Of a stretch of DNA of 64,000 nt, positions 30,078 through 45,829 are shown one piece after another. The DNA comes from Alphaproteobacteria bacterium (GTDB lineage: Bacteria > Pseudomonadota > Alphaproteobacteria > Bin95): NCBI GenBank assembly GCA_964291285.2, contig OZ219789.1, forward strand, positions 192,001 through 256,000, in the 5' to 3' direction. A model generated the notes under the pieces. It was not told the DNA's origin and searched no databases. It saw only the letters and a list, made by a program, of their open reading frames with translations. How positions within the stretch are numbered: the first letter of the stretch is position 1; each line of letters begins with the position of its first letter. The translations under genes and the position numbers were made by a program.

Positions 30078-31592
30078 TTGTACAAAGTCGAGCTTAGAGG
30101 TTCCGCCAGAGCCGATGTCATCCATGGATATGAAGGCGGAGACACTATTCGTGGAAAGGGCGGCGACGACTACCTCCATGGCGGCGGCGGCGACGACACG
30201 ATCCATGCCGGCGATGGCGACGATACGCTGTATGGAGGCACTGGAGACGACCATCTGCTTGGCAACCAGGGCAAAGATCGGTTCGTTTTCGAAATCGACG
30301 ATAACGGCGACGACACGATATACGATTTCAACAAGGCGGAGGATGTCATCTCTTTCGTCGATGACCTTGGCAGCAGCAGGATTTTCATCCGCCAGGACGG
30401 CAGGGATACCATCATCAGCTATGATGGCGGGACTGTCAGGCTGAAGAACACGCAGGCATTCGACGTGACCGCGGAGAGTTTCGCCGCGAAGGAGGTGTCG
30501 AACGACCGCATCGTTTATGGCGGAACTGATGGCGTCGACAGCATTATCGGTGGTGCCGGCGATGACCTGATCGAGGGCCTCGCTGGCAGCGACAACATCG
30601 AGGGCGGTGCCGGGGACGACACCCTCAAGGGCGGTGCCGGTGACGATACTCTCGCGGGCGGTGCCGGTGACGACATCCTTTATGGCGGCGATGGGGCTGA
30701 CACCCTCAAGGGCGGTGCCGGTGACGACATCCTTTATGGCGACGATGGCGCCGATACTCTCCACGGCGGCGGCGGGGACGACACCCTCAGGGGCGGCGCT
30801 GGGAAAGACCGGTTCGCCTTCAGTGCGGATAACGGCAACGACACGATCGTCGATTTCGAGGACGGGAAGGACTACATCGTCTTCACGGACCATGATACGG
30901 AATGGAACGATGTCACCATTACCCAACAGAATCGCCTTGGCGGCCGTATCGACACGGAGATCAAGCATGACGGCGGATCCGTCACGTTGAAAGGAATCAG
31001 GGAGACGCAGTTAAGCAAGGCAGATTTTCGTTTCAAGGGCATTGACTACGAGGGCGGCGACGGGAACGATTCCCGCATCGGCACCGACAACAACGATACC
31101 CTTTCGGGCGGTGGTGGCAATGACGTCTTGAAGGGGGGCGGCGGCGACGATGTCCTTGACGGCGGCAACGGTGTCGACGAGCTCTACGGCGAACAGGGTG
31201 ACGACAAGCTTTATGGCGGCGGCGATAACGATATCCTGACCGGCGGCATCGGCGACGACATTCTCGAAGGTCAGGGCAGCAACGACACACTCTCGGGCGG
31301 GGCTGGCGACGACACGCTGGTGGGAGGCGCCGGCAACGATACGCTTTCGGGCGGGGACGGAACCGACAAGTTCATCGTCCAGGTAGTCAATAATGGCGCC
31401 GACGTGATCAAGGACTTCGAAGACGGGAAGGACACTATCGGCTTTACCAGTGCTGATATCGAGTTCGATGATCTCACGATAAGCACCAGCAATATCTACG
31501 ATACGCTCATCACGTACAGCGGCGGAACCATCACGCTTGAAGGAATACGGACGTCGCAACTCACCGAGTCCGATTTCGATTTCATGGGTTGA
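30078..31592 (+). CDS. RTX / hemolysin-type Ca2+-binding repeat protein, probably 5'-truncated by IS701
   Basis: Many GGxGxDxLx nonapeptides in three modules; the ORF start lies inside the IS right IR. Confidence 0.85.
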   Translation: MYKVELRGSARADVIHGYEGGDTIRGKGGDDYLHGGGGDDTIHAGDGDDTLYGGTGDDHLLGNQGKDRFVFEIDDNGDDTIYDFNKAEDVISFVDDLGSSRIFIRQDGRDTIISYDGGTVRLKNTQAFDVTAESFAAKEVSNDRIVYGGTDGVDSIIGGAGDDLIEGLAGSDNIEGGAGDDTLKGGAGDDTLAGGAGDDILYGGDGADTLKGGAGDDILYGDDGADTLHGGGGDDTLRGGAGKDRFAFSADNGNDTIVDFEDGKDYIVFTDHDTEWNDVTITQQNRLGGRIDTEIKHDGGSVTLKGIRETQLSKADFRFKGIDYEGGDGNDSRIGTDNNDTLSGGGGNDVLKGGGGDDVLDGGNGVDELYGEQGDDKLYGGGDNDILTGGIGDDILEGQGSNDTLSGGAGDDTLVGGAGNDTLSGGDGTDKFIVQVVNNGADVIKDFEDGKDTIGFTSADIEFDDLTISTSNIYDTLITYSGGTITLEGIRTSQLTESDFDFMG

Positions 31593-31939
31593 CCGGGCGG
31601 CATTCCGGTTCCGGCGGCGACCGCAGTGCTCCATTTTGCGTGGCGCACGGAATTTGATAATCGACTCCGCAGTGGGCGGAGCCGCCTGCATTCCGTCCAT
31701 GGGTGCTCGAGGATTGGGCGGATGAACATGGCGCCGGGGGGACCTTGGCCGGTGAGTGTTCAAGCTTTCTTGGGCAGACAGCGCCTGTACATCGGCCTTG
31801 CGCGAACGCGCCATGGTGAACCGTCGCTGCTGATGCCGGTCGAGCCGGATACGAATCTGGACGACGTTGGCGTGGATGCGCTGAACCGGGCGGTCGTCAG
31901 GACGAAGGCAAAGGGCTGCCCAATTGCTGACAGCCGAGA

Positions 31940-34153
31940 ATGACAGTCAGAACGATCCAAGATCAAGGTGTGCTTGATTTAAGGCATGTTTCTGTCGCAG
32001 ACAACGAGATCATGCCGTTTGTGGGCCCCTGTGCTCTAGAGGACGACGACTTTCCCTTCGAGATGATCAGCGACATTGCAACGGCAGAGAGCTGGCGCAA
32101 GGAAATCCATCGCCCAATCTACCATATCCACAAATGGTGGGCGCACCGTCTGGGAACGGTTTTCCGGGCCGTCGCTCTCGGTGCGCTCACGCCTTCGGGG
32201 ACGAATATACTTGATGCCTTTTACGGGAAGGTCCGGCTGAAAGACCGGGTGGTCTTCGACCCATTCATGGGCAGCGGAACCACTCTCGGCGAGGCACTCA
32301 AGCTAGGGGCCCGGGCCGTCGGCCGCGATATCAATCCGGTCGCGCATTTCCTCGTACGCAACGCTCTTGCCGTTCATGACCGCCCGGCCGTCCTGGAGGC
32401 TTTCGAGCATATCAGGCACGATGTGGCAGAGACCCTGAATGCCTATTACAAGACGACGCTTGAAGACGGCACCCGAGCAGATGTCCTTTATTTTTTCTGG
32501 GTCAAGCAACTTGATTGTCCGGCATGCCGGACCCCTGTTGACCTTTTTTCATCCAGGATCTTCGCACGCCACACCTATCCCAAACGCCATCCAACGGTCC
32601 AAGCCCTCTGCCCGTCCTGTGGCGGGGTGAACCCGGTTCGCTTCGATGCCCGGATCGTCACCTGCTTGCATTGCTCACACGCATTCGACCCGCAGGACGG
32701 ACACGCCTGCGGACAGAAGGCCACCTGCCCGGCCTGTTCCCATCGCTTCCAGATCGCCAGAACCATCCGGGACAGCGGTGATCCACCCGCACACCGTCTC
32801 TACGCCAAGCTTGTTCTGACTGCCGAGGGGGAAAAGCGCTATCTGGCCGCGACGGACGCGGACCACATGCTCTACCGGGAGGCATCGGCGGCCTTGGCGA
32901 ACCGGGCCGACGCCTATCCGGTCGTTGCGATAACGCCCGGATACAATACCAACCAGGCTCTCGGCTACAACTACCGTTACTGGCATGAGATGTTCAACGA
33001 CCGCCAGTTGCTTTGCCTTTCGATTCTAGCCGAACGCATCCGCGCGCTTGCCGATCCCACGCTTCGGGAACTGTTCGCCTGCCTGTTTTCCGGGGTCCTG
33101 GAATTCAACAACATGTTCGCGTCGTTCAAGGGAGAGGGAACGGGGGCGGTACGTCACATGTTCGCCCACCACATCCTCAAGCCCGAGCGCGTTCCGCTGG
33201 AAGCAAATCTCTGGGGAACTCCGAAGAGTTCCGGCTCTTTCATGACGATGTTCGAAGGCCGCATTCACCGGGCGCTCGATTATGCCGACAACCCGTTCGA
33301 ACTGCAGCTCGTGCGCGGCAATGGCCGCAAGGCTACTGAGAAGGTCTACGGCCTTTCCGAGCCTCTGGGTTTCGATATCGCCGACAACTACGACGAGTTC
33401 GCACAGGGCCGGCGCGTCTATCTTTCCTGCGGCGATTCCGGCCGGACCGACATTCCGGACTGCTCGGTGGACGCCATCGTCACGGACCCCCCCTTCTTCG
33501 ACAACGTGCACTATTCGCAACTTGCTGATTTCTTCCATGTCTGGCAGCGCCATATACTGGGGGACGAGGGGACGAGACGATCCCCGACTACGCGATCCCC
33601 GGCCGAAGTGCAAAGCGCTGATGTTGCGGTATTCACCCGGAGGCTGTCGCGCGTTTGGGTCGAAGCCCATCGCGTGCTCACCGATGAGGGTGTGCTGGCC
33701 TTCACCTATCACCACTCACGCACCGAGGGTTGGCGTGCGGTTCTCTACGCGTTGATGGCGGCGGGCTTCGGCGTCACCGCCGCCCATCCGGTCAAGGCGG
33801 AAATGTCGGTAGCGATGCCCAAGCTTCAGGCGAAGGAGCCGATCGACCTCGATATAGTTCTGGTTTGCCGCAAGCGTGCCGGCTTGGCGATACGTAGATC
33901 GAACGGGGACATGTGGACAGCTGTCCTGCCGGTGGTATCCGGACAGGTCTTGCGGTTGAGAGAACGCGGGCGCAAGCTGAGCCGGAACGATATCCGCATC
34001 ATCGTGATGGCGCAATTGGTCCGTCAACTATCTCATCTGCCCACCCCGGAAGCTGCCTTGGTCCGTCTGGAGAGCAGCGGGCCGGAGGTGGAGGAAGCTA
34101 TCGAGCGCCTGCATCCTGCGACTGGAATCAATGCCGGCGGGACATGCTCGTGA
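31940..34153 (+). CDS. Amino (N6-A/N4-C) DNA methyltransferase with Zn-ribbon insert (DUF1156/COG1743-like)
   Basis: HKWWAHR, motif I FDPFMGSGTT, four CxxC pairs, motif IV VTDPPF. Confidence 0.85.
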   Translation: MTVRTIQDQGVLDLRHVSVADNEIMPFVGPCALEDDDFPFEMISDIATAESWRKEIHRPIYHIHKWWAHRLGTVFRAVALGALTPSGTNILDAFYGKVRLKDRVVFDPFMGSGTTLGEALKLGARAVGRDINPVAHFLVRNALAVHDRPAVLEAFEHIRHDVAETLNAYYKTTLEDGTRADVLYFFWVKQLDCPACRTPVDLFSSRIFARHTYPKRHPTVQALCPSCGGVNPVRFDARIVTCLHCSHAFDPQDGHACGQKATCPACSHRFQIARTIRDSGDPPAHRLYAKLVLTAEGEKRYLAATDADHMLYREASAALANRADAYPVVAITPGYNTNQALGYNYRYWHEMFNDRQLLCLSILAERIRALADPTLRELFACLFSGVLEFNNMFASFKGEGTGAVRHMFAHHILKPERVPLEANLWGTPKSSGSFMTMFEGRIHRALDYADNPFELQLVRGNGRKATEKVYGLSEPLGFDIADNYDEFAQGRRVYLSCGDSGRTDIPDCSVDAIVTDPPFFDNVHYSQLADFFHVWQRHILGDEGTRRSPTTRSPAEVQSADVAVFTRRLSRVWVEAHRVLTDEGVLAFTYHHSRTEGWRAVLYALMAAGFGVTAAHPVKAEMSVAMPKLQAKEPIDLDIVLVCRKRAGLAIRRSNGDMWTAVLPVVSGQVLRLRERGRKLSRNDIRIIVMAQLVRQLSHLPTPEAALVRLESSGPEVEEAIERLHPATGINAGGTCS

Positions 34154-34766
34154 GTCTCGTTTGCGCCGTCTTCAGGGAATGCGTCCGCGCCATGCGCAAT
34201 GGCGTTCTTATCGAACGGGAAAGCCGTCGAGACAAGGAGTTTCACTTTCAGGACTGGTTTGGAGACCGTCTCGAAGGAATCGACGAGAAGTACGACGAAC
34301 CCAGCCGTAACACCTACCCCGACTTCAGGCTCGTGCGCCATGCGGAAGGCTATGAGGTCAAGGGGCTGGCCTACCCCGGACGCGATGCGGATTACGACTG
34401 CAATAGTCAGGTGCCTCGCGGCGAGCACAACGGACGCCAGATTTTCTATGTCTTCGGACGCTATCCGACACGGCCGGACGGTGACAGATACCCTGTTCTC
34501 GATCTGGTGATCTGTCACGGCAGCTTCCTGAACGCCGACAGTACCTATGTGCACCAAAACAAGAGTTTTCGCGGCTTCGGCAGCTATTGCGGCGCGACAA
34601 TCAACTTGAGACTTCCGCGTCAATCAGGATGAGACGAGGGAAGGCGGCGGCCCGGAACGGAGGGAGGGCGTAGCCCGACTGTAGTTGCGGGCCGCCGGCT
34701 CGAAAAATTTCCTCCGGGCCTTCTGGCGGGATCGGCCGTTCGGGCGAACGTTGGTGCTTTTCCAAG

Positions 34767-39035
<4,269 letters not shown>

Positions 39036-40886
39036 CCCGAGGCCACCAGCTCGGCCGAACTGCCCTCACACTCACGGCCCGCGGGGATCGCCTCCGCGGG
39101 CCGCTTCATCTCCGGCCCACCGGACCGCCGCGACAATCAAAAATCCTCGGAACCTGTCGCGCCGCGACAATCAAAACCAAAAACCGCTTGCAATCCCCGC
39201 CGCGCGACACAATCCTCTCCCTCGTCGCTGCCGCCGGGAATCTCATCCTGATTGACGCGCGGCTCTCATCCAGATTGTCGCGCTATAAGCTATGGCGATA
39301 TCCTGATCCGGGATCGCAAGATGTATGTTGCGCCGACCCCGTTCGCACTGGCCGACGGCACGGCGCATCGCCGCACCCTGATCCTTCCGTCCGGCATTCC
39401 GGCAGACGACGATCTTGTCGAAATCGGGCGTCTCACACGGCGCGAAGTCGATCGCGTGGTCGTAAGCTACAACTTCGACCTGCGCACCAATGACCTCGTT
39501 GCGACTCTCGTCCCGAATCCCACGGCCGGTGCCGAACATGCTTTCAACGCCTATCGCATGAAAGACGATCCCGGCGGGCCGGTAGTGTTGCGTGAACCTA
39601 AATCCGGCATTTGACGGGCTTGATCGCTGTCTCGGGGCGGTGTGAATGGTCGATTTCGGGGTGGATTTCAGCACGCGGGCGCGGCCCTGGGTGGCGGCAG
39701 CCAGGGTTGACACCCCGGTTCGCGGCCATGGAGGTATTTCCTGAGCGCTTCAGCGAGGATCCGGCGCCAGCGATCCCCGGCGCTCAACTGCTCCGCACTT
39801 TGCGTCAGCGACCGGAAGAAGTCGGCAATCCGCCGCAAGGCTGTGGCCACTGCCTGCCTGCGCCCATGATGGGAGTTCACCGTCAGCCTGGTCTGGCCGG
39901 CGTGGTGGGTCTGGCGGGCGACGCCGTGCAGGAGCAGCGGCCGGCTGGTGATCGCCTCGCGGTGGTGGTCGGGATCGGCGAGGCGCACGAACAGGCTCCA
40001 CCAGTTGTAAATGAGCGCGACCAGCCGGGCCATGTGCCGGCAGCGCGTCAGGTCGCGCGTGGTGAAGCCACCCCACTGGTTCTTCAACTCGTCGAAGCCG
40101 TTCTCCGCGTCTGCCCGGTCGCGGTAGAGCTGGGCCAGCGAGCGTATCTCCAGGTCCAGCGAGGTCGCCAGCACCGCGAACTCCCACACCCCGGTGCCAG
40201 GCTGCGCCTCGGTCCAGAACAGCTCGCCCTGGGCCTTGTCGCCACGCGTCAGCGCCAGCGTCGCCGGAAGCCGGCGGCGCAGCACCACAACCCGGCGCGT
40301 CCGGCTCCAGCCGTGCAGACGCAGATCGGCCCCGATCCCCGACCAGCCCTGGCCTGCATCCTCCCAGCCGTCCCGCGCCATCAGACGCTCGGCAAGCCGG
40401 CGCGCCCCCTTCGTCAGGCGCAGCTTGAACAGATAGTCCAGACCCGCAGCCTCGCACGACGCCATGTTGGCCTCGTTGCCCCAGTCCTTGTCGCCCCGCA
40501 CCAGACGCGGCCAGCGATCCCGACCGAGACGGTCGAGCAACGCCCACAAGGACGGCGCCGCGCGCCTCGAATGGTGATGGTTGCCCGGCGCCACCTCGAC
40601 ATCCAGAACAAGCCGCGTGCCCGCCATCAGGAACGCATGGCAGGCATGCGAGGGGCGGCCCGGCTTCTTCGTGTCAATGGCAGCCGAAAATTGCGCATTT
40701 TTGGCAAGTGAAAATTGCTCACTTTTGTCTTTGATCCCTTTCGCCCGGCACGGTGCTTGGGGGGTGGGCCTCGATGGAGCTGTGGGTAACCGGGTTGGCG
40801 CAGCGACCGCCGCGAGTCTGGCGGCGACAACCCGGTTATCCATAGCGGGCGGCGGTCACCGTTGCCGTTTTTGCTCCGGGCGGGGA

Positions 40887-41684
40887 TCACGCGGCGGCCC
40901 TCTTGCGTCGCCGGTCCGAGCCGGACTGCAGCAGGTTCTGATGATCGCGCATCCGGTAGGAGTTCCCCCGGATGTTGACGATGTGGCAGTGGTGGACCAG
41001 GCGGTCGATGAGAGCCGCCGCCATGACCTCGTCGCCGAGCACGCCGCCCCAGTCCTCGAAGCCCTTGTTCGAGGTCAGCACGGTCGATGCCTTCTCGTGC
41101 CTGGCGTTGATGAGCTGGAAGAAGAGCACGGCGCCGTCCTGGTTGACGGGCAGGTAGCCGATCTCGTCGACCACCAGCAGCGCCGGGTGTGTGAGCACGC
41201 GCAGCCGGTGGGACAGGTTGCCGGCGGCCTTGGCCTCGGTGAGGGAGTCGATCAGCCCTGCGAGCGTGCCGTAGTAGACGCGCCGTCCAGCTTCGGCCGC
41301 GGCGATCGCGAGGCTTATGGCCAGATGCGTTTTGCCGACCCCGGGCGGACCAAGCAGGATCACGTTCTCGCGGCGGTCGACGAAGCCGAGCTCGTGCAGG
41401 CTCTCGATCTGCTCGCGCTTGATGCTGGGCTGGAAGGCGAAGTCGAACTGGTCGAGCGTCTTCACCGCGGGCAGCCTGGACGAGCGCATGGCGGTCTGGA
41501 GCCTGCGGTTGTTGCGGAGCACGATCTGGGCGTTCAGCAACTGCTGGATGGCCTCGGCCGCGGTGATCGAGCCGCCGTCGGCTTCGGACAGGATGCCGTC
41601 GACGGCCTCCAGCGCGCCGGGCATCTTCAGGTCGGCCAGCATCGCCCGCAGCCTGTCGCGCCGGCTCGGCGCCGGGGGCTTCAT
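40887..41684 (-). CDS. istB: IS21 helper ATPase IstB
   Basis: GPPGVGKTHLA, VVDEIGY, IDRLVHH, GNSYR. Confidence 0.92.
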   Translation of the reverse strand: MKPPAPSRRDRLRAMLADLKMPGALEAVDGILSEADGGSITAAEAIQQLLNAQIVLRNNRRLQTAMRSSRLPAVKTLDQFDFAFQPSIKREQIESLHELGFVDRRENVILLGPPGVGKTHLAISLAIAAAEAGRRVYYGTLAGLIDSLTEAKAAGNLSHRLRVLTHPALLVVDEIGYLPVNQDGAVLFFQLINARHEKASTVLTSNKGFEDWGGVLGDEVMAAALIDRLVHHCHIVNIRGNSYRMRDHQNLLQSGSDRRRKRAAA

Positions 41685-42703
41685 TGCAGCGCCTCCGCAT
41701 AGACGCTGAGCGGGCGCCGTTCGACCTCCACACTTGTCGGAAAGCGCCGTCGTGCGGGCTCCGGAGCCTGGCGGAGGCCGAGACGCCGGTAGGGAGAGAT
41801 GGCCAGGGGGCGAAGCGCCGCCCGTTCGTCGCGCTCGAAGCGGTCGACGGGGCGTTCCCCGGTCGTGGCGTGCCGGCGAACGTTGGCCGTACCCTCCAGC
41901 CAGCCCGCGGCCTGTTGGTTGAGATCGTCGTCGTTCGCGAAGCTGCGTCCGTAGAAGAAGCTCTCGCGGATGTAGCGGATCGGACGCTCCACCTTGCCCT
42001 TCGTCCGGGCCCGACAGGGGCGGCACGAGCGGGGCATGAACCCCCAGTGCGTGGCGAAGCGCAGGAACTCCGCGTTGAGCACCAGGCCGCCGGCGCCGGT
42101 GCGGTCGTCGGACAGCACCACCGCGCGCATCTGGTCGAACAGCAGCTCCTCCGGAACCCCGCCGAACCGACCGAAGGCGCTCTCCAGTCCCTCCATCAGC
42201 ACTGCCATCGTCTGCCGGGGGAAGAACCGCAGCCACAGAAGCCGGGAGTAGCCCAGCACCACCACCAGGGCATGACGCCGGCCCCAGGGAAGCCGGAACG
42301 TCCCGAAGTCCACCTGGCCCTGGCGACCCGCCGGCGTCTCGAACCGCACCACCGCCTCGACCGGCTCGCGCGGCCGCGTCGCACGCACATAGTCCAGCAC
42401 GCGGCGATAGCCGCCCGGGTAGCCCGCCGCGCGAACCTCGTCGAACAGACGCTTCGCCGAGAGCTTCGGGAACTCCTCAAGGCGCGCGTCGATGATCCCC
42501 TTGTAGGGATCCAGCTTGTGAGCCACCGGGGGGCGCGGCGCATAACCTCGCGGGCCGGCCGACAGATCACGGTCCAGTTGGCCCGTCTCGATCCAGTAAT
42601 GGATCGTGCGCCGGTTCACCCCGAACCGGCGCGACAGCTCCGCCTTCGAAACGCCCTGGTCCAGATAGTGCTTCAACAACATCCTCGTCTCCCATCCATA
42701 CAT
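41681..42703 (-). CDS. istA: IS21 transposase IstA (short type)
   Basis: N-terminal HTH, RFETPAGRQGQVDF, LFDQM, TKGKVER. Confidence 0.9.
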   Translation of the reverse strand: MYGWETRMLLKHYLDQGVSKAELSRRFGVNRRTIHYWIETGQLDRDLSAGPRGYAPRPPVAHKLDPYKGIIDARLEEFPKLSAKRLFDEVRAAGYPGGYRRVLDYVRATRPREPVEAVVRFETPAGRQGQVDFGTFRLPWGRRHALVVVLGYSRLLWLRFFPRQTMAVLMEGLESAFGRFGGVPEELLFDQMRAVVLSDDRTGAGGLVLNAEFLRFATHWGFMPRSCRPCRARTKGKVERPIRYIRESFFYGRSFANDDDLNQQAAGWLEGTANVRRHATTGERPVDRFERDERAALRPLAISPYRRLGLRQAPEPARRRFPTSVEVERRPLSVYAEALQ

Positions 42704-43501
42704 CCGCGCGCCGCACCCCGCTCCGTTGGCAAAGCCAACAGAGCGGCCCGACGCATCTTCAGCGACAAGCCAAAAGTGAGAAATTTCGGGTTGCCAGAAA
42801 TGGGAAACTTACGGGTGCCACCAACAGCTTCGGGTTGTAGCTCACAACCGCCCCCTCCTGACGACCGTAAAGCGGCTTGATCGTCGTGTCGCAGTCCAGA
42901 ACCCACGGCTCCCTCAGCAGCGGACGGACCACCTCGTCCAGATGGCCCTGAAGCCACGATGTGCCGGCCTCCGCACCGATCCGCTCCAGACCGCGCCGCA
43001 CCGAATCCTCGCTCGCAACCTTGTCCATTCCCAACAGCGCAGGGTTCACCCCGTCGCCGCGCAACGACGTGATGTGCGCATACCGCGATTGCCCCGCCAG
43101 AACCGACAGCAGCACCGTACCCAAGACATCCCGCTTCGACGGCGCGTTCGGGCTCGTGTACCGCAGCGGGCAGTCCGCAACCAAAGCGTCAAAGCGACCG
43201 CTCACCTTCAGGTATTCCGCGAAAAACGCCAGATGGCCCAGCGGCGTCACCGCCGCATCAGGGTCCCATTCCACATGAACCGCGCCGCCGAAGGTGTCCA
43301 CCTTCACCGACGCTCGGGCGACATCCCGCACAGCGCCAGGACAGTCACCCACAGGGTGAGCCTCTTCGGCCCCTGAAAAGCCGCTCATATCCGCAGACTA
43401 CAAGCGATTCGGCGAGGCCCCGCCATCCTCAACTGCCGGATTTAGGGTGAACATTCCCGTGAGCTCGCCGAGCGTACTGTCCGGAATCGGTTTGGTGATT
43501 A

Positions 43502-44741
43502 TACCAAGCGCGGTTCGAATTGACTCATTGTTCCAACATGTTGTGTTGAGGTGAGGTGTTGAGGTGAGGTGCCGGACAACGTTGATAGAGTGATGTCAGG
43601 CAGTCTTGGGGTTGGAGGATGATGATGGGTGCGGCGACGCCGATAACCTGGACGGAGCATGGATCGGACGATCTCCATGATCTGGCGAAGCGCTGCGGTG
43701 AGGCGAAGCAAGCCTGTCGGGGGCGTGCGATCGCGATGATCATGGATGGGGCGTCGCGCACGGAGGCGGCGCGGGCGCAGGGCATGGAGCTTCAAGTTCT
43801 GCGCGACTGGGTGCTGCGCTACAATGCGGAGGGGTTCGAGGGGCTTGCGGATCGTCCTCGCGGGGGCAGCGATGGTCGGTTGACGGAGGCTCGGATTGCC
43901 GAGATCGGGTTGTGGGTCGAGGCGGGTCCCGATCTTGAGCGGGACGGTGTCACGCGCTGGCGGGTTCAGGACATCATACGGAAAATCGAGGAGGCCTTCG
44001 GGGTCATTTATACGGAGAGCGGCGCCCGTATGATGCTCCGAAGGGCCGGGTTTCGTTTTGTCTCGGGACGGCCGGTCCACCCCAGGGCCGACGCGGAGCG
44101 GCAGGGGGCGTTCGTGGCGGACTTCGAGGCAAGGGTGACGTCGATGCTCAGTTCCGAGGCGCTGGCGGGCCCGATCGAAATCTGGTTCCAGGACGAGGCG
44201 CGCATCGGCCAGAAAGGGATGACGACGCGCGTCCGGGCGCGCGGGAGGCAACGTCCGCGCATCGTGCGCGACCATCGCTATGGCTATGTCTATCTGTTCG
44301 GCGCCACCTGCGCACAGCGCGGCGTCGGCATCGCCGATGTGGCGGACAGGGCGAACACGGCGGCGATGAACGAGCATCTGGCGGCGATCGGCGCGGCCGT
44401 GGCGCCGGGTGCGCACGGCGTGGTCATACTGGACGGGGCAGGCTGGCATCGCTCGGGCGACCTTCTCGTCCCCCCCCAATCTGACGCTCCTGCATCTGCC
44501 GCCATACAGTCCGGAACTCAATCCCATGGAGCAGATCATACCGGTCCTGAAATCGAACCGCTTCGCCAACCGTGTGTTCAAGGATGTCGCCGCCCTGAGA
44601 GAAGCCTGCCGGACGGCATGGCAATGGCTCATCGAGCAACCCGACATCATCACCAAAACAACCCGGCGAAGCTGGGCCGTCGCACCATCGTGACGATCCC
44701 CACGACCCAATGCATCGGTCTATATGACTTGCGGTTGGTAT
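43502..44741 (+). mobile_element. IS630-family element inserted at a TA dinucleotide
   Basis: IRs (A)TACCAAGCGC / GCGGTTGGTAT; TA at 43500-43501 and 44742-44743. Confidence 0.8.
43619..44693 (+). pseudogene. IS630 transposase with one extra base in a poly-C run (~44470)
   Basis: WFQDEARIG and LDGAGWH in one frame; LPPYSPELNPME in the next frame after a C8 run. Confidence 0.78.
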
Positions 44742-45018
44742 TAGCGCGCTGCCGTGTGCGTGACGTGATTCGTTGGCCTGGTAGCGATCCGGTGGGTTTG
44801 AAAACCCGCTGTTCGGCAGTTCCGGCTGTGACCGCGTTCGCAGGAACCGGCGCGTGGCGGAGGGCGCACCCAGGTCGTTCCGTGCGGCAATCGGGGTGTG
44901 TTGCCGACGCTCAAGACCACGAATGAAGTGGACCGGAACGGGGACGCTGCGGTCCAGACCTCGGGCGATGAAGCGGGATCGGCCTGTCCGGGATCGAGCA
45001 GCGCCGCGGTGCGGAGAC

Positions 45019-45369
45019 TTACCCGGTGTCATTGTCCGCGAGCGTGGACGGGGCGGTGAGAACGCCATCGGCAGGCCTCTCCGCATCGGGGTCCGGCACG
45101 ATCGTCGAGATGAACTCCCGGATTTCCCGGACTTCGGCTTGGCGTCCGTCGGCGATGAGGCCTCGGGCGATGGCCTGGGCGGCGAACAGCGAGGCCCGGG
45201 CCACCTTGATTTCGGCCCCTGTGCCGGGCCATTCGCGCCGGTCGAGAGCCTGGATGGCGAGCTCGACGACGAGCCGATTGGGCGAAACCTGCCGCTCCCT
45301 GGCCGCCGTTTCGATACGCTTCCATTGGTCTGCGGTGACCCGGATGTTCTTCTGGAGTGATGATGCCAT
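45019..45369 (-). CDS. Hypothetical ribbon-helix-helix DNA-binding protein (relaxosome-accessory-like)
   Basis: QKNIRVTADQWKRIETAARERQVSPNRLVVELA has an RHH beta-alpha-alpha pattern. Confidence 0.6.
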   Translation of the reverse strand: MASSLQKNIRVTADQWKRIETAARERQVSPNRLVVELAIQALDRREWPGTGAEIKVARASLFAAQAIARGLIADGRQAEVREIREFISTIVPDPDAERPADGVLTAPSTLADNDTG

Positions 45370-45433
45370 GCGGTTTCACCCGTTCTTGCGTGTGGATTCG
45401 CTAGAGTTCCGGTTCGGGTTCTGTCAGATCCCC

Positions 45434-45829
45434 GGGGCCGCGCGGCCCCCGGTCGTCCGGCGTGGCGGGGCGAAGTCGCGGGCGAACGCGGCCTTCGGAC
45501 AGCTACCGGACCGGTAGCTGTCATGGTGCAGCGTATGCGAGGGCGATACCAGACTGGTAGTTTCGCAGGAGCAAGTCCATATCCAGCGGGGGCGGAAGGG
45601 GCCTCCATGTCCGACGGAATGCGGAAGAGCGGCGCCCAACCTCCTGATATCGCGCATGTGTTTGCAGCAAACACGGGAGCTACCAATCCGGTGCGACCTT
45701 TCCCGGCGTGACAGGAGCGGACAGACCTGCGCCCGCCCGCGGCATGGGCGGCCACAGCGGACACGGGCAGCCATGGCAACGCCTGCATCAAGGATGCGTC
45801 GGGTGTGACGGTAAAACTCCGAACGGAGT
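45434..45829. promoter_or_regulatory. Cluster of perfect palindromes (operator or oriT candidate)
   Basis: GGGGCCGCGCGGCCCC; GACAGCTACCGG-A-CCGGTAGCTGTC; TACCAG-A-CTGGTA; GTGTTTGC-A-GCAAACAC; ACTCCG-AA-CGGAGT. Confidence 0.45.

Larger units (their letters stand above)
28274..30095 (-). mobile_element. IS701-family insertion sequence carrying a passenger ORF
   Basis: 17-bp terminal IRs AAGCTCGACTTTGTGCA / TGTACAAAGTCGAGCTT (1 mismatch); no clear target-site duplication. Confidence 0.8.
40672..42826 (-). mobile_element. Second, distinct IS21-family element nested in the IS1380 transposase
   Basis: TGTCAATGGCAGCCG...CGGGTGCCACCAACA termini; CTTCG on both flanks, with one extra G on the right. 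Confidence 0.85.
39668..43388 (-). pseudogene. IS1380-family transposase split at YNPK/KPGRPSH by an IS21 insertion
   Basis: N-part VLDCDTTIKPLYG...SYNPK; C-part KPGRPSH, VRGDKDW, YRDRADAENGFDELK. Confidence 0.8.
39597..43446 (-). mobile_element. IS1380-family element interrupted by a nested IS21
   Basis: IRs CCTAAATCCGGCATTTGA / TCAACTGCCGGATTTAGG; 5-bp TSD GTGAA (39592-39596, 43447-43451). Confidence 0.82.

Noticed and set aside
30550-30800. 27-bp periodic repeats as a CRISPR array
   Set aside because: They encode RTX nonapeptides, have no unique spacers, and no cas genes are present.
44460-44480. Programmed frameshift in the IS630 transposase
   Set aside because: It is an extra base in a C homopolymer inside the catalytic domain, not a typical A-rich slippery site between orfA and orfB; a mutation or sequencing error is more likely.
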